Source: a virus. Taken from it: a stretch of DNA of 64,000 nucleotides. Shown one piece after another: positions 58,361 to 64,000 of this stretch. The notes under the pieces are model-generated. The model had not been told where the DNA came from. It ran no database searches and saw only the letters and a program-made list of their open reading frames with translations. Position 1 is the first letter of the stretch. Each line of letters starts with the position of its first letter. A program made the position numbers and the translations under genes. Location: positions 1-64,000 of IMG/VR virus record IMGVR_UViG_3300044655_001100; one strand, 5' to 3'.

Positions 58361-58387
58361 GCCGCTCCTCCCAGAGCGGCCTTTTTT
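58361..58387 (+). terminator. Rho-independent terminator
   Basis: GCCGCTC-CTCCCA-GAGCGGC-CTTTTTT. Confidence 0.75.
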
Positions 58388-59691
58388 CACATAATTGCTT
58401 TGATCACCTCTGCCGCCAATTGCGGTACGATAGCATTGCCTAGGGCTTTTAGCTTTGCGGCTCTTGCTTCTGCTTTCGTGATGAGGAGCGGGATGGAGGG
58501 GCGCAATCCATCCATTCCTTCGGGAACCCCATGAGCCAAGCCACAAAGTCCGGATTGAGGGAACCACGGGGCTCGTCTGGTTTTTCCGTCGGCTCCTGTG
58601 ATCCAGATTGAATCTCTCCAATATGAAGAGACGCTATTGTTGAAACAGTAGCTCCTCGGTTTTGTCCCAGCCAAGAGCTCCCCGCTTCTGCTATGCTCTG
58701 AGCATTCGATGGGCCTTGATGGTTCTCGTTCGCTCTTGGTGTCGGCCAGGGAGCCGTATGTTGGTAGATCTCCTCTGATAGATATCCTGTCGTCCTGCCT
58801 GTCGCTGCTCTGGACGGACGTAATCCCTTCCGGTCCGCTGCGTCCGATGTTGTTGGTGTCGGCCATGTCGCTGCAGTCAGTAGCGCTGCTTCCGATAGAT
58901 TCTTCTGTCTGCCCTGATCCCATCGTTTCAGAGCTTTCTGTGGATCGCTGTATTCCCCGCCGCCCTTCTCTCTGCAATTCGGTGTCGGCCATGTCGAATG
59001 AATTGCTACTTGCTGGCCCAGTGTCGCTGTTTCCGGCCTCAACATTCGACTGGGAGGTATTGACGATCCGTCTTTCCAATCCCTCGCTCTGGGCGTTGTC
59101 CAGGTTCCTGCCTGAAAGCTCAAAGCCGATCCCCCTTGAGCATATTTCTTTTTTCTCATTCCCTTGTCGTCTGCGCATGGTGTTGTCCATGCTAACCCAA
59201 TAGAGTCTCTCTCTGATGTGAGGCGCATTGACCGAACATGCGCTAAGATTAAACGCTTGGCAGGAGTAGTCTTGACTTTCCAGATCATCGAAAACTCCAT
59301 CGAGCCAATTGAGCCCAGCTGCGCCACCAACTTGCTCTCCGATGGCGACAGGCGGTCTACATGCACTGATGAGTCTATAAAGGTGAGGCCAAAGATGCCG
59401 CTCATCGGCTTCCCCTTTCCCTTTCCCTGCAACGGAGAAAGGCTGACAGGGGCAGCTTCCTGACCAGATTTCCCGGTCCGATGGGAATCCTGCGAGTTTA
59501 AGGGCAAGTGGAAAGCCGGCGATTCCACAGAAGAAATGGGCTTGGACAAATCCTCTGACATCATCAGGCTGAATAAGCTGAATTGGTCGGCTGTCGATTT
59601 CACCATCTGGTATTAACCCCTTTTTAATAAGATTTTTTATCCATTCTATGCAGTATGGTTCAATCTCATTATAAAAATTCCATTTTTTCAT
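58387..59691 (-). CDS. DNA (cytosine-5) methyltransferase, catalytic chain
   Basis: YNEI; HFFCGIAG; SCPCQPFS; GEQV; HIRERLYW; LGNAIVP. Confidence 0.88.
   Translation of the reverse strand: MKKWNFYNEIEPYCIEWIKNLIKKGLIPDGEIDSRPIQLIQPDDVRGFVQAHFFCGIAGFPLALKLAGFPSDREIWSGSCPCQPFSVAGKGKGEADERHLWPHLYRLISACRPPVAIGEQVGGAAGLNWLDGVFDDLESQDYSCQAFNLSACSVNAPHIRERLYWVSMDNTMRRRQGNEKKEICSRGIGFELSGRNLDNAQSEGLERRIVNTSQSNVEAGNSDTGPASSNSFDMADTELQREGRRGIQRSTESSETMGSGQTEESIGSSATDCSDMADTNNIGRSGPEGITSVQSSDRQDDRISIRGDLPTYGSLADTKSEREPSRPIECSEHSRSGELLAGTKPRSYCFNNSVSSYWRDSIWITGADGKTRRAPWFPQSGLCGLAHGVPEGMDGLRPSIPLLITKAEARAAKLKALGNAIVPQLAAEVIKAIM
58449..59606 (-). CDS. Nested alternative-frame MTase chain with five W(P/T)TP modules and motif IX
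   Basis: 385 stop-free codons; five W(P/T)TP; LNPDFVAWLMGFPKEW. Confidence 0.75.
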   Translation of the reverse strand: MVKSTADQFSLFSLMMSEDLSKPISSVESPAFHLPLNSQDSHRTGKSGQEAAPVSLSPLQGKGKGKPMSGIFGLTFIDSSVHVDRLSPSESKLVAQLGSIGSMEFSMIWKVKTTPAKRLILAHVRSMRLTSERDSIGLAWTTPCADDKGMRKKKYAQGGSALSFQAGTWTTPRARDWKDGSSIPPSRMLRPETATLGQQVAIHSTWPTPNCREKGGGEYSDPQKALKRWDQGRQKNLSEAALLTAATWPTPTTSDAADRKGLRPSRAATGRTTGYLSEEIYQHTAPWPTPRANENHQGPSNAQSIAEAGSSWLGQNRGATVSTIASLHIGEIQSGSQEPTEKPDEPRGSLNPDFVAWLMGFPKEWMDCAPPSRSSSRKQKQEPQS

Positions 59692-60209
59692 TTTTTGTTT
59701 CTCTGAAAATTATATGATTTAATTATCCAATCCTTAAAGTTTTGTATAGGCATATCATTTTTTGCTCTGTTACAAATCATGCAACAAGAAACACAGTTAT
59801 TTTTGTCATATCCATCTGTATTTACTACTCTATCAACTCCTTTTGAGGGATTTGTACCACAATAATGGCACTCACCCCAAAAAAAATGTTCAAATTCTTC
59901 TTTTGTAATATTCCATAAATAATTTCTTTTTTCAGCGCTTTTTCTATAATTATAAAATGCTTCATTGATAATAACTGTATCTTTTGACATACGTTCTCTT
60001 CCTACCCATGCCAATTTACGAGAGCAGGATGCACATGAGAAAACATTTCCCAATGCTAGTTTACTAAACCTTACTTTCCTTAGATTTCCGCAATTACATC
60101 TGCACAGTGCTATTGGAGCATTAGATTTTGATCCATCGTAACATTCAATTACTCTTAACTTACCAAACATCATTCCTAGTTTTATGTCGTTCTTTATTCC
60201 TCTAGCCAT
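59688..60209 (-). CDS. HNH-type homing endonuclease
   Basis: FGKL.V...CRCNCG; CHYCG...GVDR.....GY...NCVSCC..CNRAK. Confidence 0.8.
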   Translation of the reverse strand: MARGIKNDIKLGMMFGKLRVIECYDGSKSNAPIALCRCNCGNLRKVRFSKLALGNVFSCASCSRKLAWVGRERMSKDTVIINEAFYNYRKSAEKRNYLWNITKEEFEHFFWGECHYCGTNPSKGVDRVVNTDGYDKNNCVSCCMICNRAKNDMPIQNFKDWIIKSYNFQRNKK

Positions 60210-60218
60210 AGTAATTAC

Positions 60219-60419
60219 TCATTCGAGATCTTCGTCTTCTTCATTTTCCAATTCTGATGCTGTTGGTATTAAATTTGCCCTACAATATGCACTCTCAATT
60301 GTGTCCAAAACCGTGCAAAGCATACTGAAATTAGCGTCCAAATTATAAGAACTAATTTTTATTGTTGCTGTTAGTTCTTTGATTGCGTCCAAAAGTGCGT
60401 CAAATTGCTTATCATTCAT
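60219..60419 (-). CDS. Hypothetical protein
   Basis: ORF with acidic tail. Confidence 0.5.
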   Translation of the reverse strand: MNDKQFDALLDAIKELTATIKISSYNLDANFSMLCTVLDTIESAYCRANLIPTASELENEEDEDLE

Positions 60420-60823
60420 TTTCTCAATTCCCTTACTAGTTTAGGCAATCTGCCTCTTGCTTCTTTACTGACACAAACTTTTATTATTCATTCAATCTAA
60501 TAAATCTATTATAACTTTTTTCAGTTTTTCTATTTCCTTTTTTAAATTTTCAATCTCCAAATCATTATTTGTTTTGGTAATTTCAAACAATAATTCTTGC
60601 GGTTTTACGCCAAGGTGGGGTGCAATTTTATTAGCCCATTCAGGCGTCATCTTGCGTCCTCCTTTTTCTGGCCAGGTTACAAGACGCCAAATTTCAACAG
60701 GTGCGCATCCTATCAATTTAGCAAGGCGAGGATTATTTAAACCTGCATCTGCCATCGCTTTTTTAAGATGAATCATTTCCGCAATTCCCTAACCATCTTT
60801 GGCAGTCTGCCTCTTGCTTCTTT
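60416..60823. repeat. 51-bp imperfect direct repeat (60416-60466 and 60773-60823) flanking an HTH gene
   Basis: 43 of 51 positions identical by manual alignment. Confidence 0.8.
60492..60776 (-). CDS. XRE-family HTH regulator
   Basis: LKKAM..AGL....LAKLIG.....I.RL...W..KIA..LGV.P.ELL. Confidence 0.75.
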   Translation of the reverse strand: MIHLKKAMADAGLNNPRLAKLIGCAPVEIWRLVTWPEKGGRKMTPEWANKIAPHLGVKPQELLFEITKTNNDLEIENLKKEIEKLKKVIIDLLD

Positions 60824-61048
60824 AGCTACACCAACTTCTATTTCCCAATTCTCAAGTAGATTGGCGCATGACTCAATTGCTCGATCATATCCGGCATCAT
60901 AGAACCCAACCATGCCGGCGGTAACGGCTATTTCTCCCTGTACACGCATTTGCTCATAAATGGCGGCATCTAGAACATCCTTGATTGATCCGTTCTCAAG
61001 AACTCTTTCTGCAGCTTCTAATGCTTGGGGTGTCCAGATAACTGCCAT
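60773..61048 (-). CDS. Hypothetical protein (AIE.A...REL family)
   Basis: GAGG SD; DRAIESCANLLE...VRELRK. Confidence 0.55.
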   Translation of the reverse strand: MAVIWTPQALEAAERVLENGSIKDVLDAAIYEQMRVQGEIAVTAGMVGFYDAGYDRAIESCANLLENWEIEVGVAKEARGRLPKMVRELRK

Positions 61049-61049
61049 G

Positions 61050-61319
61050 TTATAAACCTCTTGCTATTACGCCGGATCTAATAAGGTCATTCATTACCAT
61101 CTCAGCAGCTACGCAAACACTTCTGCCACTTTTAAGGGGGCCGATATAATTAAGAGCAAATTGCCTTCCCAGTTCATATGCAAAGTTATCCGCATCGTTC
61201 ATGTATCGATCATAGTGAAACCCAAGTTTTTTACGAACGTCTATAAAACCTTCTTTAAAAGCTTTACTGTTCATCAATCTTCGGATGCAATTAAACTCTT
61301 GAACTGTTATCTGGCTCAT
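61050..61319 (-). CDS. Hypothetical protein
   Basis: AF..GF.D...YELGRQFA. Confidence 0.55.
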   Translation of the reverse strand: MSQITVQEFNCIRRLMNSKAFKEGFIDVRKKLGFHYDRYMNDADNFAYELGRQFALNYIGPLKSGRSVCVAAEMVMNDLIRSGVIARGL

Positions 61320-61515
61320 TTCCCCGATCCAAATATTTCCTTCCAAGCTTAGTGAAGGGTAAAAAGGCTAATGTTATAAACACCAAGCCAATCATAGCGT
61401 CAGTGCTGCCATGTACTGCTTCCCAAATAAAACAAGCGGGAATAATCATTATGATTACAGGAAAAAGCCATTCTGTAACGAACAGAACGAAGATGATGAA
61501 GATTAAAATACCCAT
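61291..61515 (-). CDS. Membrane protein
   Basis: Two to three hydrophobic segments. Confidence 0.5.
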   Translation of the reverse strand: MGILIFIIFVLFVTEWLFPVIIMIIPACFIWEAVHGSTDAMIGLVFITLAFLPFTKLGRKYLDRGNEPDNSSRV

Positions 61516-61718
61516 TATAATTCATCCATTACACGACGCAGTGCTGTGTCGCAGTTACTGGGAACGAAACCACAGAGCTCAACTACATGAGCGCCTATGG
61601 GTATGAGATGCGTACGAAACTTTTCAGCTTCTGCCCGATTGACGAAAACGAATTCTTTATAGATCGTTTCTTGCCTAGTCGGGATGGCAACCTTTAGCTT
61701 AAATATAAATGGTGTCAT
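61515..61718 (-). CDS. Hypothetical protein
   Basis: AACGGAG SD. Confidence 0.55.
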   Translation of the reverse strand: MTPFIFKLKVAIPTRQETIYKEFVFVNRAEAEKFRTHLIPIGAHVVELCGFVPSNCDTALRRVMDEL

Positions 61719-61875
61719 CTAGCACTCCGTTTCTGTTTTAAGCATACCATACATTTTGCATAATCCTATATGCATATTTCCGTAGTCTGTAAATCAAAGA
61801 ACTTTTTTTCCAGAGTTCCTGGTTTCCCATGCGATATTTTTGCAAATCATTTTTTCACTTTTGATTTTTTCCCAA

Positions 61876-62029
61876 GTCCGATGGGGTATGATTTTTTTAA
61901 AAACGAAAATTGGTTTTCCGATTTCGATTCTCCGCAGGTCCGATGGGGTGTCGTTTTTTCAGAATCCAAAATCACTTTACCCCCGAAATTAATGTAAACG
62001 TCTGTAAACAATGGTAAACAATGGTAAAC
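61876..62029. repeat. Direct repeats and phased 10-bp repeats in a non-coding region
   Basis: GTCCGATGGGGT at 61876 and 61938; GTAAAC at 61994, 62004, 62014 and 62024. Confidence 0.7.
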
Positions 62030-62434
62030 AAATGACAACATTAGGCCAAGTCCTATCAATTTTGATTTGATATCTAATCATCTCAAGTCACTGTTTTCCT
62101 TATGCAAACCCCATTTTAACCCTAGCGCATATCGCCTGTAAGCCCCGCCTATGCGTCTTTTTCGGCGCCGCTATATCAGCCTAGTCTCTAGCCTTTTGGC
62201 CTATTTGCGCCGCTCTGAGGCTTGCCGCCGAATATTGCCTAAAGCCTTGTCTATGCTCAAAGCCCTATAGAGCCCCTTGGATAGCTCTTGATCATGCCTA
62301 GGGGTAAACCTAGCCCATAGCCTCAAGCCCTTACCAAAGCGCCACGAATGGCGATTGAGTAAAGCCTCAAATAGGCAAGCTTCTGCATTGGCGGCCGTTA
62401 GTGTTACGGCGCCTTTTATGTTCAGTTAAATTGG

Positions 62435-62465
62435 AAAGCCCCGCCAAGCCTTTGCCTAGCGGGGC
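62435..62465 (-). terminator. Probable terminator
   Basis: GC-rich hairpin GCCCCGCTAGGC...GCTTGGCGGGGC followed by TTT on the minus strand. Confidence 0.55.
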
Positions 62466-62471
62466 GCCTAT

Positions 62472-62768
62472 CTATTCGCTAAAATCATCAATGCAAGCTT
62501 GTTCTAAGCTTGAGCCTTCCAGCAAGGCCGCCTCAATAAGGGGGTATAGCCAATGCTTTGAATCAATATTCTGATCTTTGTCTTTTACGCTTGAGGCGTA
62601 AACCTTGATCGAATTGATTTCGATATCATCAATATAGGGCTCAAAGATTCCAACTTCGGGGTCTTTCGGACGCCTAGCATATTGGACATCAGCGACCCCG
62701 CTTGCGTATATCGCCAAGCCTTTAACAAGCTCCAAATCATCGAAATAATATTCGAATGTGTAGGACAT
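62472..62768 (-). CDS. Hypothetical acidic protein
   Basis: 98-aa ORF; D.EVGI pattern. Confidence 0.55.
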   Translation of the reverse strand: MSYTFEYYFDDLELVKGLAIYASGVADVQYARRPKDPEVGIFEPYIDDIEINSIKVYASSVKDKDQNIDSKHWLYPLIEAALLEGSSLEQACIDDFSE

Positions 62769-62770
62769 GA

Positions 62771-62923
62771 TTAGAGCCCTTTCCCTGTCTCAAGCTTGCG
62801 AATGGCTAATCTAATAAGCGCCAAATGCTGGGGGCTTTGATAGGGGCTAGGGTTGATTAGATTGAGCTCTAGCCACTCAATAGGCTGATTTAAACAAAGG
62901 ATATAGTATTCTCTTTTTGACAT
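62771..62923 (-). CDS. Hypothetical protein (50 aa)
   Basis: AACGGAG SD; MSKREYYILCLNQPIEWLE... Confidence 0.5.
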   Translation of the reverse strand: MSKREYYILCLNQPIEWLELNLINPSPYQSPQHLALIRLAIRKLETGKGL

Positions 62924-62996
62924 AGTTAGACTCCGTTTTTGTCGCTCTTGATTAAGCGCCTAAAGGCTGCATTTCTGCAGCCCTTAAACTCTCAAT

Positions 62997-63749
62997 CTAG
63001 AAACCCATATCAAGAGTCTTTGGGCATCTCTGAGGGGGCGGCACGAAATCGGGATTTTCGTCTAGGATTGCTTCAAGCTTTTCAATTCGGGATTCAGCTA
63101 GGCTTTGCTCAAAGCATTCAGAGTCTATAGCCTTCCAAAGCCCCTCATCAAAATCGCCATGCTCAACCATGCTCTCCAGCATGTTGAAGTCAAGATCATG
63201 CTCTCCCTTTAGGAAAGACATTATAAGAGTCCCGATTTCGTTATGATCCCATTCTCGCAAAGGCTTTGCTAACCATGTCTCAAGGTTATTGGAATAATGC
63301 GGAATAAATCCATCCCGCCTTGTAAAGCTTTCCTTGATACATTCATCAAGATCAACAAACAGATTGCGCTTGGCGGCGGCGTAAAGCTTTGCTGCGTCTT
63401 TCATAGAGATTGAGGCGAAAAGTCTGTCTGTCTCGAAATTATAATACCTAGGGCTTGTCATTTTCTCAAAGGTAAAAGAAATCTTTTCGCCCACAATGTC
63501 GGAAAAATAATTCTCAAAGGATTTTAACCATTCCTCTGCCAAATGCTCCCGCCAAATCTGATAGTTTATATTTTGATCAAAGATTAATTGATAATCTGCA
63601 TCATCAAGCCTTTCGTGTGCTTGCAAGCCCTCCTCTCTCTCTTTCTCAATTCTATATTCTATTTCACGCTCTAGGACCGAATCCATTTCATGCGAAAGGA
63701 TTGACTCATAGAAACCAGAAAAGGGGATAGTGGTTGAAAGGTTTTTCAT
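62997..63749 (-). CDS. Conserved phage early hypothetical protein
   Basis: AAGGAG SD before ATG at 63749; IPFSGFYES...SPRYYNFETD...DGFI..YSN. Confidence 0.65.
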   Translation of the reverse strand: MKNLSTTIPFSGFYESILSHEMDSVLEREIEYRIEKEREEGLQAHERLDDADYQLIFDQNINYQIWREHLAEEWLKSFENYFSDIVGEKISFTFEKMTSPRYYNFETDRLFASISMKDAAKLYAAAKRNLFVDLDECIKESFTRRDGFIPHYSNNLETWLAKPLREWDHNEIGTLIMSFLKGEHDLDFNMLESMVEHGDFDEGLWKAIDSECFEQSLAESRIEKLEAILDENPDFVPPPQRCPKTLDMGF

Positions 63750-63760
63750 AGCGCGACTCC

Positions 63761-63994
63761 TTAGTATTCGGGATGGATAAATAGAACTGTGCAGCAACCA
63801 TAAGGGCGAAAATCTATCATGTCGCCAAAATCGTTGAGCCTTCCACGTAAACCAGAAAGCCCCAAGGCTTTTTTAGCGCGGCGCATAATTAGGGAACGGG
63901 GCGCATTATCGGGCGCCTCTATTGTCGCCCTCCTAACCCAAGAATAATTTGACTCGCCGCCGAAGGTATCTGTGTATTCTACGTTGAATTTCAT
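63761..63994 (-). CDS. Conserved phage early hypothetical protein
   Basis: TDTFGGE.NYSWVRR pattern. Confidence 0.65.
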   Translation of the reverse strand: MKFNVEYTDTFGGESNYSWVRRATIEAPDNAPRSLIMRRAKKALGLSGLRGRLNDFGDMIDFRPYGCCTVLFIHPEY

Positions 63995-64000
63995 AGCGCG

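Noticed and set aside
61994-62034. CRISPR or mini-array
   Set aside because: The units are only 10 bp with no spacers.
1-64000. Alternative genetic code
   Set aside because: Long genes translate intact with the standard code and all three stop codons end genes.

Overview
A 64-kb, ~44% GC (by eye) segment of a tailed dsDNA phage genome, most likely a podovirus-type phage of an alphaproteobacterium (it encodes a GcrA homolog). 1-38.6 kb (+) is the late region: a large set of modular fibre genes, head-tail and tail-tube proteins, a GNAT, two large ejection proteins, two 2OG-Fe(II) oxygenases, a GH108 lysin/holin/spanin cassette and a metallophosphoesterase, with free-standing GIY-YIG and HNH homing endonucleases among them. 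38.6-50.6 kb (-) is an early arm: tRNA-Thr, a DnaA domain IV protein, many small genes, YqaJ/ERF/SSB recombination genes, a C5 methyltransferase and a GHKL ATPase. 50.9-58.3 kb (mostly +) holds Cro-like, VRR-NUC, GcrA, an inverted ParB-MT-A70 fusion, a ~355-nt structured non-coding region and an SF2 helicase. 58.4-64 kb (-) holds a second C5 methyltransferase and small early genes. I recognised no terminase, portal, capsid, integrase, DNA polymerase, primase or initiator gene in the window. The most interesting signals are: (i) both C5 methyltransferases appear to be two-chain enzymes whose second chain is encoded inside the same gene in another frame, one with a five-unit W(P/T)TP array that may be tandem target-recognition modules; (ii) a large structured RNA/origin candidate where a replication initiator would be expected; (iii) a 2084-aa ejection protein divided by recurring paired x-x-GG motifs, with a nearby free-standing protein carrying the same motif (possible polyprotein-processing system); (iv) a ~130-nt four-way-junction RNA candidate; (v) socket-and-plug modular fibres and two needle fibres with an identical tip but different lengths. 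All calls were made by reading motifs by eye; no searches were run.
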